Positions 13,616 through 27,380 of a DNA stretch of 64,000 nt are shown here, piece by piece; within the stretch, counting starts at the first letter, position 1; every line of letters starts with the position of its first letter. Location of the stretch: positions 6,634,001-6,698,000 of the forward strand of contig OZ059899.1 in the NCBI GenBank assembly GCA_964057225.1. Reading direction: 5' to 3'. Position numbers and translations under genes: made by a program. Under the pieces are notes generated by a model. It was not told where the DNA came from and did not search any database. It worked only from the letters and a program-made list of their open reading frames with translations. The stretch is from Auanema rhodensis. Its lineage: Eukaryota > Animalia > Nematoda.

Positions 13616-16600
13616 TCAAATACTATGCATAGTAAATACAGGATGTCGTCGTTTATCTGCAGAGCATGGTGCTCGTTGACATGCTTCCATTTCAGTTTCT
13701 ATGCCACCTCCACATTCACCATCACTATATTTTTGATAAAAGAAATGAAAAGATTGATTGACCTTCTTTACTCACCCACAGGGACATCGTCGTTTACGTA
13801 ATTTTTCACCCGGACCACAAGAAGTTGTGCATTCTGACCATTGGGACCATCTTGTCCATTCACATGGCTAAACATTCATATAACAGTTATCTGATTTTAT
13901 ACAATATAACAACTACTGTTTCTTTAGCTGGTTGAGGTTCATCAAATGGTTGTTTTGGGCGTTGTGGGTCAACCGGAATAATTGCCTCGTTATGAGTATT
14001 CGTTGGTCTTTCGTCTACTGCTTCAGCTTCTTCTGACGATTTCAATACTGAATCCAAATCCGAATCCAACTACATGATCAAGAAATTGTTTCATCAGGTC
14101 TAGTAATACACACATGAATTACCTCGTTTTCTTCTTCTGTTGTAAATTCTGTCTCTACATGTAATGGATGTTCTTCACCCGGAACAGGATTACCACGGGC
14201 AGGTAAATCATCTTCATCTGGATCACAATTAGTTGTATCTGTAGACATTCCCATACATTCGCAATTGTTAACTAATGCTGAAAAACACAGTTTTCGATAT
14301 TTCTTGGCGATTTAATTTCAAACAAAGAAATTACCATCACTATTAATACAGAAACGATTTCTTTCTTTTCGACCGGAGTTATTGCATTTACTCCATTCAG
14401 CCCATTGTGACCAACGGCAAACCTAAAAATTAAAGTTTTGATGAAAACGGTTCGTGTAGAGAAAGAAAAGTACTGGATAAGGAAATGCTGTTGTACTAAA
14501 TGCTGAATCTTTTCTGTTCAAAGGATAGCGAGGCGGAGAATTACGTCCAGCAATCTGCTAATTATTAAACTATATAAAATATAATTTGTATAGTTATACC
14601 TCAATATTATTTATTCTTGATTCTATTGGAATATAATGATCAATATTCTGACTACTTTCTGCTTCTGCTTCACCTTCACCTGCGGATAGAGTTGGGAACT
14701 CTCTATTATAGCATGACTAGAATAGTTTAAATTATTTCGTTTTTGATATTTTAATGTATACTTCATCTGATTTACATTGTCTATGTTCTTCTTCAGAACC
14801 TGGACAGCGACAATTCGGATCAGGTATTTTTGGTCCTGATGTTCTAGAGGATACACGGTCACAGTATCTGCGTCGGACTTCTCGTCCAACTCGACATGGT
14901 GTACAGCCACACCATTCACCCCATGAGCTCCATTGGCATGTTGGTGCATCTTCAACACATGCAATCGCACTTGGACATGGTCGAGTTTCCAAAGAGGAAC
15001 CAGGACAATAGCATTGATTATCTAAGTAGTCTACTTTTTGTTGAAAATATTAGTCAACTAACTGTCAGATGATCGTTTACCACGATGAATTATGGGAACA
15101 ATCGGTGTAAGACCTGAGAGTGATTGAACGTCTGATCTTCCATTGAAAGTATAACGAGAATTAGAAGTATCTTCCTAGAACGTGAAAGTAGTTGTATCTA
15201 ACTCATGTTACAAACTTGAAATGATAACTGTGGATTTCGTTGTATGTCACCATTCTCAGACATACATTGCCTATTACGTCGTGAAATTCCATTCGATCCA
15301 CAACCAATACAAGGAGACCATTCCGTCCATGTCTCCCACATACAGCAGGGCCCTGTCCATTATTTATTTATGATACTTGATATTAAAGCTAACCAGCGTC
15401 ACATGTTTTTCGATCGACATCATTTCCTATACATGTCCCAGCATTTTCAAGATTCAATCCCCCAGAAAAAGGAGCATAACGTATATCTGCATACATTATA
15501 TGACTTGAATTCATATGTTTCATTTTAATATGTTTTGAACGAGCAATTAAAGCCTGTTTTGCTCGATTTGATTCTTCTTCTGATTCCATAGGCATCTGAT
15601 CCAATTCTTCCAGGTCCGAAGGAATGTTCAAAAGTTCATCAGTAATACATCTTCAAGACACAGCAGTTGAGTATTTGGATAAAACAGAAACTTTACTTTC
15701 TTCTTCTTTCACATACTCCTAGCCCACAGCTAACTGAACATCCTCCCCAGTCTGTCCAAGGACCCCAATATGGACAAGATGCTAGCTGGCAGAACCTAAG
15801 TTCACTAGAAGCCCCCTCGCAATGTCCATTTCCACCTTCACATGTTCTTGCTCTATAGAGTCCAATGAATATCCCATAAATAAGGAAAACTTCACCTCAT
15901 CTGGTTTCCTTGACCACAAGTAGCACTACATTCTGACCATTCTTTCCATTCGGACCATGTAGCACATTCCTTTGTAGGACAGGGAAGTTGATCTTGAGCT
16001 GCACCTTCACATCCAGCATATGGTACTCCACGGTACAAACAAACTCTTTAATTATTAATAAAATTTAATTTCTTCATTTTTCATTAAACCTGTTCCTTAA
16101 CCGGAATGTTTCATCGTCACATTTGGTTTGATCGCACATACTCCATTCAGTCCATGCGGTCCAATCAGGACATCTTTGCTGGTTGCAAAGAAGCTTTTCT
16201 TCAGAACTTCCAACACATGTTGCCCCATTTATGCATTCACGACTTCGACTCTATTATATTTCATAATGTAAATTAATATATTTATGGAAAACGCACCATA
16301 TCACCACCATCGCAACTTCTAGAGCACGTAGTCCATGGAGTCCAATCTGACCAGTGAGGACATGGTCCTTTATCACATTCTCTATCTTCGAATGGTGATC
16401 CGTTACAAAATATTCCGTTCTATTAAGACACAGTATTGATAATTGTCAACGATTTCATAATACCTGGCAAGTTCTCATACGACGTTCTTTTCCTCGGCCG
16501 CAAGGTATGTTGCAGCCTTGCCATGAACTCCATTCTGACCAACTTGGGCATGGTGCCATTTGACAAGACTCTACCATCTGAATTTCATTTCAGTTTGCTT

Positions 16601-18323
16601 TATATATTTGAAATTCAAATTTACCGCACTTGCCCCTATACAACCTCCTACGCCTGTACATAAACGAGTTCTCTTTTTTTCTCCAACACCACAACTTGCA
16701 GAACAAAAAGACCAAGCACCCCACAACATCCATTCTGAGCAAGGTGGTAAAGTGCAAGGCATACTTGCAGATCCGACGCAACCTACACCACCTGTAAAGT
16801 TGAAAAAGTAGTGTTAACACGTCGCCTCGAACATGATATACCTAAACACTTTCGTGTTCGAACACCTGGTCCACACGTTATCGAACATCCAGTCCATTCA
16901 GACCATTCTACATGAACCGTTTCAGGTACAGCATCGATATGATAACAAGCATCTCTGATCTAAACGACCTTTGAAATATTAAAAAAATCCTTTAACTTAC
17001 ACAAGGAGGTTTAGGAGCACAAGGATCACCTCGTCTAGCTGGACACGGAGCTGTATCTAATGAAGCTAATGTAGGTACACATGGCATTCCTATATATGAC
17101 ACAAATAATTATATATTTCTTATATGAATTTACCTCCACAGTCCCTAACTTCCAAGTTCATCTGTCTGCCTTGATGCAAAACTTGGACCGGAGTAATTGG
17201 TCTCATATCTAAAAATATATTTATATATTTTATACTTTATATTATATTTTATGCATATACCAGTAAAAGGTGATTTTGGTCTTTCGTTATTCCTGTTTTG
17301 TGGTATTTCAAAAGGATTATTATGTACATTTTCTTCCATATCTATTGATTTCATTGTCTGCAAATAAGATTTTTTTATCAAATTCATAATAAATTAAGAT
17401 ATAATATAGTATACAGGCTTTGAAATGTTATTTTTATAGATAAAAATTAACTAAAATTATTACTTACCGCATATCGATCTCGTTTTCCTATTTTAATTTC
17501 AGAATCAGAAAACCTATCATTTTCTGGGAAGAAAGCATCTTGTTGTAACAATTCATTGTCTGTATTTTGCAAATTGTTGTAATTGTTTCAATTTTTTAAA
17601 AATCACCTTGTCCTCCTGAATCAAGTAAACGCTTATGGTTTGGAGATATTCGATGTGCCATATCAGATATTGCATAAAGTGGACATTTTTCCAATAGTTC
17701 ATATACTAAACATAAGAAATCAGTTAAAATAAATAAAAGAATCACAGAAAGTAACCTGTAGATTCTGGATCAATAGAAGCATCAGGATGAACAACTGTAC
17801 TGTTTTCATGACTATTTATAGTATGAACAATACATATGCCAAGATCCTTCAAATATTTAAAAAATAGTTTTATTATAAATTAAATTGAATAAAACCTTTT
17901 TAGAATATTTGACAAAAACGACTGCTTTACAGTATGCGATACTTTCAATGCATCGTTCAATACATTTGACAGCTGCTGATAATTCAACTCTTTGGAAAAT
18001 AGCATCATGATAGATTGTAGAATGCCTTCGTGAACAGACTTTCAGACATGATACTAAAAAATAATAATATATTATATTAGTTATAATAATAATAATAATA
18101 ATGATAAAAGTAAAATGTTGCACAACATAATATACATCTGTTCAACATCTTATGCAAATGAAAACAGGAAAAATGAAGAAGTTGATGTCTCTCTCTCTCT
18201 CTCTTATCATGTAAGTTTTGAATTTTGTTAATAATCTAGACAATTAATGAAACTATACTAAAATATCTTACCTATTCCAATAGAATATAGTAATATTATA
18301 TGAATTTGTTGTATTATATTCAT
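13616..18323 (-). CDS. Secreted protein with an N-terminal PAN/apple-like domain and about 11 thrombospondin type-1 repeats
   Basis: Signal-peptide exon MNIIQQIHIILLYSIGI. PAN-like segment CIERCIESIAYCKAVVF. Repeated WxxWxxWxxCSxxCGxGxxxRxRxC units, e.g. CSEWMLWGAWSFCSASCGVGEKKRTRLC and CEWTRWSQWSECTTSCGPGEKLRKRRC. Ends FTMHSI*. Confidence 0.88.
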
Positions 18324-19593
18324 ATTTTTACTAGAAATACTACTGTTTTAATACAGTTTATATTATTAATTGTAACAACAGTAAATATAGAAGATTATAG
18401 AGAAGCTAACAAGTGACCAACGTTTATCCTGAATTGTATAACATTTGCTTATAATATTGAAATGGCTAACTTGCTCTAGTCACACCTCATAGCCTACAGA
18501 CGTGCTTGATATAAGCCGAGGCGTTAAGGCTGAACTGGATATCAGAAGGTTAGATTGTTTGCGTAATCAGAATCAGATGTAACGTCGTTGAGAAGAGGAT
18601 GAAGAATTAAAGGAGATCTAGAGATATGTCAATGCCTGAAACAAGGATTAAACCTGCTGGTCAAAGAATAATAAATGTGAGAAATTGATGTTTAACATAG
18701 CATAACTTGAAAAAAGGTTTATATTATGTATGGTAGAAACGACTAGAACGATTTTAAGATATTTGAACAATATTATTAGATGTTTAGATTATACTATTAT
18801 AGTATAGAAATGATCGAATAAACTATATCTTTTAAATAAATTTTGATAATAGAAATGTTATGATATGAAAGCTATATCGAATGTCTCCAAAACATGTGAC
18901 AAAGTAGGTGACTGTAGAGTCAAGTATAGGTAGTTAGCTTTTTCCTATATTATTTCATCTCCCTGTTTCTTTCTCTGTCTCTATTAAACATAAAGATGTA
19001 TATACATTTTTTCTTTAAAAGTAGAAGAAAGAGAGAAAGGTAAAAGAGAGAGAGAGAGAGAGATGAATAGAGAGTTAAACAAGTCATTTGCCATAATTGG
19101 ATGATTGCCTGCAACAATCTGTACAGACTGCAGATGCTTCTTCTGCCTTTTTTCCCGGTTACGTCTTTCTGATGACGGGCACGTAGACGATGATGACAAC
19201 AGTGACGGTAACGATGTCATTGACAGGTTTACTCAATGAATATAGTAGAATGTAGCAAAATGGAAAAAGCATCAGAACATAAAAGATGAGAACAACAAGT
19301 AAATAATAACTTAAAAAAACAAATTTAACAATGAATGTAAACATAATTTTTTTTTGTTGCAATTTTTGTGAAAATCTAGTACTTGAAGTAATATTCATAA
19401 CAACATATTATGTCATCTAAATAAGGGAGAAGCGAAGTTGTTAATTTCAATATAAATTTTTTTTAAAAAAAAATGGTAAACCTATTACAGATGCATATGG
19501 AGTAAGCATTTCAAACATACTCTAATGTTTTGCAATGAATCTTTTCGAATCGCAAATGGAATGTCTTCTCGGACATATAGCGGCTTGCAGACG

Positions 19594-19662
19594 AGTTGCT
19601 GAAAAGCCGGTAAGGCTGGAGCCAATCTAGTTATGGGCTTGACCTTAGCCGGTACAGCAGCT
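19594..19662 (+). ncRNA. Candidate pre-/pri-miRNA hairpin
   Basis: GC-rich intergenic fold-back: AGTTGCTG/CAGCAGCT basal stem, GCCGG/CCGGT, TAAGG/CCTTA, AGCC/GGCT and a short loop. G-U pairs favour the + strand. I did not recognise a known family. Confidence 0.5.
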
Positions 19663-21113
19663 ATATACGAGGTGGAGGTTTTAGTAATTACTCTTCTTCA
19701 CATGAACATAAGTGACAGAGAATATAGCTATATTACAAAAGGAGGAAAAGCCTTGTTCAGGTGAAAATCCAGAAAGGACAAATTGAAAATATCTGATTTT
19801 CTACGTAATATTCCCAACTTTTCCCTCATCGATTAAAAAATTTATTCGCTTACTTCAAAGTAAAATACTTGTTAAAACTAAACGTGAGATGTTTGATGAC
19901 TTAAATTACACTCATATTAACTATTAGTCTATTATCCTCAAAAGCTCAAAGACACATTATTTGTTTTAAAAAAAGTATTTATTCTCAAAGAAATAGTATT
20001 AGTTACGTCATTATTCATTATTCACAAGACAATACATGATACAAATACTCATTACAAGTTCATTAAGAGCTTTAGTACTTACGTTTTTGTTATTTTATCT
20101 TATAGTTTAAAATGTTTATTCATTTAAAATAATTTACTATATGTAAACATATTCTATATTCTTTTCAATTTTTGAAGACCTTCATATTTGTATGGATTAG
20201 CTTTTTTGGCATAGACCAATTAGCAAACTACTAGAGTACTATTATTTTCTTCATAATCTATGATTCATGCCGTCAGGCAATCGACTCACTTTTACTTTTT
20301 CTTTTAAGAAAATAAATGAGGTAGACAAGGAGAAGAAGAAGAAAATGAAGCATTGTAAGGTAGAATAGAGGTAGACGTGGAGGGATGGGTTGGGAATAGA
20401 AAGATGGATAGAAAAGGTGAACGATAAAGAGGCCGCGTATGTAGAAATGATGAGAGAACCAGCTTCGTCCTCCTCCAGACTTCAATACAGGTCGCCATAT
20501 ATGACTTACCTTAGGTATATGAAATACGTAAAGCTAGAAAAGAAAGAAAAAAGCTGAAGAACTTCTGTTCACCAAGTTCAATTTCACTTCCATTTTCTAC
20601 TCATCATTTCATTTTTTTAATCCAATACTTCCAAGTGGAAAATCAAAAAGAGTCTACAAGGACATGATTGAGAACGAGTTCATGCCATGTGAACTCTTTA
20701 CGTCAGAAAGTTTTATAGAAAATAGTTCTAGTTAGTTGTTTGCAGGTGTTATCGACTATCTATTTGGTTATAGATCGAATATTTTATTCTGAAGAACAGC
20801 TGACAAAGTTTATTAAAAAGAAACATAAACCTGTGGGCAAGTTGGTAAAAGATACAATTCCATATTAGAAAAAAAAGATTGGAATCTAAAAATCATAGAA
20901 GCAAGAGAAATGTACACGTTTTTATGTTTTTGTGTTGTTTTTCAATGAAATTTATAGTTATTTCTCTAACTTATCTGAAAACATGTCAGTACATTAATTT
21001 AATATATAGTGAGAACATCAGGAAGATTGCAATAGAGTACGTAAGTAATCTAATATCATGCTGTAAGGGGGATATGAGCATAGATGAGCTGCAACGACTT
21101 TGAAACTTCTTCT

Positions 21114-22913
21114 TCATTTTTCTTTTAGTGCTACCAAATGACGTAGATGATCCATAATTCTACGTTGTTGCGCTGTTGTTAAACAATTACCCATGTTATA
21201 AACACATGGACGAACGTATGCTTTCTTAAACAGATGAAACCTGAAAATAATCCGTCTGTAAATGCAGCTTTTTTGTAAAAAATAATTAAAATTTTGTTCT
21301 AATAAACTTGTAATTTTGCAGGTTAACCATCCAAAAAAAATAACAAGAGGTATTAAAATTTTCATTTAAACAACTTTAATGTCTATGAATTCGATTTTCA
21401 GCTTTCTAATTTTTCTTTTTTTTTTGCAAAAAGTTAATTTAAACTGTGTAATAACTTTCATTGTTTAATAGTTTTTGGTTGAAAATTTCTATTTTTGAAA
21501 TCTCAATAGTAATAACATAAACTAAGTCTTTTCTCTTATGTTGGTTAATAACAGGTGTCAAACTGCTAGAAAACAGGTGAGATCTAAACTAATTTTTAAT
21601 TCTTTGAGCATGACTTTGTTATAAATGATGGATTCTAAGGAACTACATAACTTTTGGTCTATTATATCTCATAACGTTCTTTATTGAAAAATAGAATTAT
21701 TATCTAAAAATAACTATTCAATGCTCCTTTCAATGAAAAAAAAAAGAAATAATTGCATTAAGCTTCTATTAGCTGAAACTAATTTGAAACATTTAAGTTA
21801 AAAGTTTCCAAGTAATAAAATATTTTTGATAAATCTTTAGATTTAATCAATTTGTTTTGAAAACAAAAAAAAATAGCTTTTTCAGGAAAAACTCCTGTAT
21901 ACTGTAATTATCCTCCTACTAAAAGGAAATAAATTAAACCCGCTTCATATTCATTTATATTTTTTTTGTATACGTCTAAATAAAATTTAAATATTGATAT
22001 GTGATCGAATAATATCAAAATTTTCAACTTGATTCTATATTCAGAATATATTTGTTATGAAGTTTAAACCTAGAAATTAGTGAACAATATAAAGAATACT
22101 GACACTTTCATACCCTTAAATAAGAAAGTTTTTCCTATTTTTTTAAAGTTATTTTTTTATTTCTTATATGTTTGTACATATAGTTTATAAGTTTTCATAT
22201 AGATGTATACTATATATTATTATGTTTCAAAAACTTAAACTATATATACATACAAGGGAACAAAAACAAAAAATGAAAAGTTCCAGACAAAATACTATTT
22301 TGTATTACTCACCCTTCCGTAAGAGGCTCTTCGTCAGATAACGCCATATCGAGAGAAGTTAGTGGATTCAAAAGTGGTCCTTGATCTACAGGAGCTCTTA
22401 GCAAATTCTGAAGTAGAATATGTACAAGACTTAATGAATATTAATATATAATTACACAAGTATTTTCAAAAAGTAAAAAAAGAAATATCGAAATTTAAAT
22501 ATAATTTTATTTTTTGGAAAGCATAAATGATTTATCTTAGTAAAGCTGATTGTAAAGTATATATATATATATATAATATATATTCTCGGTAATCTTTTCT
22601 TATTTATATGGACTCAGTTATAATATGAAAAAACTTATTTTTAGAAGCACAGACAATTAATAGGATTGTCTATGAATTTTTAATTTGTTTTAATTTCTTG
22701 AAAAAATTGGTGTTGCGATGAAAGAATGAATTATAGGAATTTGAAACATAATGTGAAGTGACGATGCTTGGTGTGTCAAGTTAATTCAAATGTGATCCAG
22801 ACGAAAAACGTTTTTCAAAAGAATTATCTTACCGTTTCAATATATCGTAGTTGTTGAGAATAAGCTAATCCAAGTATTGACACAAGAATACTGACCAACA
22901 AATACATTTGCAT
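21114..22913 (-). CDS. Small secreted neuropeptide-like precursor (about 100 aa, 3 exons) with an AstC/somatostatin-like C-x6-C core
   Basis: Phase-consistent GT-AG splicing gives MQMYLLVSILVSILGLAYSQQLRYIET|NLLRAPVDQGPLLNPLTSLDMALSDEEPLTEG|FHLFKK-AYVRPCVYNMGNCLTTAQQ-RR-IMDHLRHLVALKEK*. This has a signal peptide, an acidic spacer and dibasic sites flanking a two-Cys peptide. Confidence 0.75.
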
Positions 22914-25900
22914 TTTCGTTTGCTCTTTAAGAATTCTGTTTATTTTTTTTGCAAAGGGAATGTATATAGAAAAGTAACAAAAAGAAAGAATAAAACAAAA
23001 TTTCATGAAAAATCGTACAATTTTGAATGTGACATCGATTACAAGAAGTAAGAATTATGAAAATGCTTAATTATGAGAAAGAATATATGCATAGAAAATA
23101 GTTGTTATGATCCCAAAATATGAGAAGAAAATATACAAAAAATAAAAACTGAAATTCTTCATGAAAAAGGACATATAGAAGTTCAAAATAATTTGAAGGA
23201 TACAAAAAATATTTTATACATGAATGCTCTCAAAGTTTTTGCTTTAATCAGAAGTCGAAATAGGAGAACAACAGAGATCATAAGAAATATATTTGGAATA
23301 AAGTATTCATAAGCACTAATAATGAAGATAAGAACGATATCAAATTCTAGTAATCATACAAGTAATATCAGATTTATGAAGGTGGAAACCAAAAGTAAAC
23401 AGATTTGAAGCACTTCAAATATAAGCTGAATCGAATATCAGAGGTTAAATAGGAAGATGGAGCGCAAATGTGAATAGAAAGCTAGGATGTATCAAAAGGC
23501 AATACGATGTCAATCAGCCTGATCTTCAAATTTCCGGGAATTTAAAAAAGAGAAATATTTTATTTTATGTCAAACAATTAAAAGAAAAAAAATTATTTAG
23601 TTGGAAGAACATTTTCAAGTATTGTTTTCTAATGATTGATGACAAATCTATGAACTTTGAAATTGCTATATATAATGATGATGATGGTGGTGGTGTTAAT
23701 GATGAAAGAACGTTAAAGAATCAACATATTCAAAATAAAATTTAAAAAATGAAATTTTATAACTATTCTAAACTATTTAAATCGAATAGTTTTGCCCAAA
23801 TAACTTGCATATTCACATGGAAAAAACAAAATAATAACATAACAAATTTGGAACAAATGGAGAAACGATGAAAATTCAAATAGATATTCAAGTCGACAGC
23901 TCATACAGAAGTAGATTGTCTTCTAATTTTTCAATTACTTTTTTTCGTAAAAGATTTGTTGAGCCTTCATTTATGCTTCTTGAATGTTTCCGTTTTTCTG
24001 AACATACGGAACACGGAAGGTTTTTTGGGGTACGAGTAATTTCTTTGAGTTTTACAAATTGGGCGTGGTATATCTTTGGGTCTTTCTAGCTCCGCCCAAG
24101 TTTGAAATATTCATTTTGTAGCTTTAATATCACCTGCTTTACTAAAATTATAAAAGATTATAAGTTTTGACGATATAAAAGAACGACGAAAAAATTAATA
24201 TATATTTTGGTGAATACTACCTATAGTATAGTCAAAATATACCTAAGTATATCGATAAATGATTCATGTTATATGACTTTACGTCACAAAACTGAGCTAC
24301 TTCAGTTCATAGATAACCCAAATTTTTTAAAACTTTTCATTATATAGTCTAGCGAATGAATAGTTTAAAATGAACTATGAGAATAAATTGAATAAAACTT
24401 CAAAGATAGTAAATATGTTCAAATTTATTTATAAAAACATATTTGTTTATCAATAATGAATAAACTTGTTCGATTATTACCTTGATAGTGTAATATTTCC
24501 TTATTGAGTCCTCAGTAGTTAGTCTAAAACCAAAATAAAATTCACATTAATTAATACAATTCAGTTGTGATCATTTAAAAGCGATTTCATTGTCTGAGTT
24601 CTCACAAGTCTTTCATATTCAAAATGCTTTTTTTCTTTCATTTTATGAAATTTTTGGGAAATATTTTAATAATTTAATAGATAAATGATTGTTAATTGAA
24701 ATATTTTACAAGCATTGTATAATTTAAATTTGTTTGATCTTCTCATTTGAATTTTACTTCCTTAAATGAAAATGTATTGTATGTACCTCCCTCAACTTAT
24801 ATACAATTTTATTGGTGACTACAATAACTATATATATATGTTATATGATATATATTAAAAGGTAACTACAATATATATACATGTTTTAACAAATTATTTG
24901 TCATTTTTCAAGACAAATTTAGAAATGTATCACATCATTATTTTATTTTCAGCTTTCCCTTATTAGAATGAGTCAAAATTTATGAATCAATCGAATAAAA
25001 TACATTTTTATATTTCAAATTGTTAACAAAAAAATGAATAGAATTGTTTCTTTTCCGAGAAAAAAACTTAAAATAAGTTTTTATTTTGTGATATCTGAAA
25101 CCAAAAAAAATTAACTATATGTTAATGTATAAGATTTTAAAAAAGTTGTTCATAAATCAACACACAAAAGAAAAATATGAAATAAATTACATGAATATGA
25201 TATATGACATACCAAGGATTTTAATGAAAATTTTATTTTTTCTTCTTCGAATTTGATCAATCAAATATAAAACAATGCTTGCAAAAATTATAACATTCCG
25301 AATTGTTTACCCTTTCTTTCGAAAAAAAATGTACTGTTGTTGTGAAGATAATCAACATTATCGCTGAAAAGATCAAGTTATGTCGTAATTGCCAAAACCA
25401 ACATTGATCAAAATAATATTTTCCAAGAAAAAAGAAAACGGTATATACAAATTCGTCATACATGTCGTATTTTTTCTTTTTTTTTTCTTATCAAATATAT
25501 CCGTGATATAAATTAAATGTTGATAATTATTTCATCCTTTCCTAATAAGGTGTTATGATGAGTGTGAAGTGTTTAGATTAATTATATAATAAAATATTGT
25601 TCTAAATATATTAAACTGTGAAAAAAAGTTATGAACAAATAAATTGAACACATTGTATTATAAGGAATATGAACTAGACAGCATTTTTGTATTAAACTGT
25701 TGATGAGAGTTTTCTTTAAAATAACTAATTATACAATCTGTTTGTTAGATATTTAAAAAATATAAAATATGAAAACTGCAAAATCGAAATATACCAAATA
25801 TGTTGAGATATGGTTATTTTAAAATTCTAGATAACCGTGAATATTATAGCTGACATAATGATTGTTTCAAAATTTAATATGCCAATGTATGCTAAGAATT

Positions 25901-27380
25901 GTAACAAACAAATTATATATTGTTGTCATTGATTAAAATTAGGTAAATTAACCTTATATATGCTTAATAATGTTTATTTTAAAATCTTTTTGCAAAATTT
26001 CAAATGTTGCGTGTTTCTCAATATCTTCTATGCTTCTTGTTTCATAATTAACTTGATTCATATTTTATGAGTTCTGACAAATTAAATTAAATCATACATT
26101 TTTGGTTTTGTTTGATGCTTACAATATTGTTTCATAGGTTATAACATTCAAACAATAGAAAACATTGCAGAGAAATTTTTTGCTGAAGTTTAACTGTATT
26201 CTAAAAGAAAGTGTAGCTATCCAGGCAAACGCCAAACTTAAAAAATAGAAAAGGAAAGAAGAGAAACGAATACAACGATTGATGTTTCTCTACGCTAGAT
26301 TAAAAAAACATTCATTCATTTCTCAACTGTATTGCGCAGAAGGCTGTATACACATTTTCCCTTTCGTTTCATATCGTAAACTGAAATTTATATTTTTATA
26401 TTTTAATAATGTCACTCTATTTCTTTATTTATTCCAAAACCCTTTGAATTTAGCTGCATTTCATGGCCCTTTATTTTAATAAGGAAGGGTTAGGTTCTAA
26501 TAAGCTTGAGCATATTTTTAAAAATGCAGGTTATCGTACATAATTAAACAAGAATTTAATTTATTTCCTTATAATTTAAAACAATAGCTTAAAATAAAAA
26601 AATATTGCAATCAAGGACAATGCTTGTGTATTTTATCATTTACCTTTCGCAAACGTAATTTGCTGCTAGCTCGTGAACAAGAGTTGTAGCCTTCATCGAT
26701 TGGGCCTGCTGCTGGCTATCTATGCCACAAGCAATTTCGCCTAGCCGCAGCGCATCTTTTCCACCTATTTTCCACATTGATACAATTATATTAGTTGATT
26801 TTTGAATAAAAATTTACTCATTGTAAGCAACTTCCATCTTGTAAGTATTATATATTGAAATAAGATTACCTTTCACTTCATATTTTTAAATTTTGTATTC
26901 ATTTAAATGAATATCACATCGTTTACAATATCTTCAACAAAGATAAACGCTTCTTCATTATCGTTACTTTTCTGTTCTCTTAACCTTCCTCAACTGAAAG
27001 ACAATAGATTACGAATAGATAGCCACAGTCATTGAAAAAAAAACGGGCGCGAGTTTCAAATTGCCATTTTGAGTTATATTGATCTGTTAACCATGTCTCT
27101 ATTCCGTTTTGATTCATGTCATAACTATATATCGATTAAATACAAAATATAGATATAGCTTATCATTCGCATTGTATTTGTATAACACTTGAACTTGACA
27201 ACCATAAGTACTCCTTAAATCATAGTTTCAATGTAAGATTTTTCAATTGAATAACTTTTTAAATTTATTCATGAATTCATATGAACATTTGTCATTTGTC
27301 TGATCGATACACGTGCTACACACATTTCATAGACTTAATTGTTTTTCCTTAGAGTTCTTCGCTTGTTCGATGTATATATT

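Noticed and set aside
19168-19225. CTGATGA suggesting a hammerhead ribozyme core
   Set aside because: No correctly placed stem II and GAAA follow it.
25260-26195. Exon-like pieces on the + strand, e.g. GYNIQTIENIAEKFFAEV* at ~26138
   Set aside because: I could not join them into a consistent spliced ORF.
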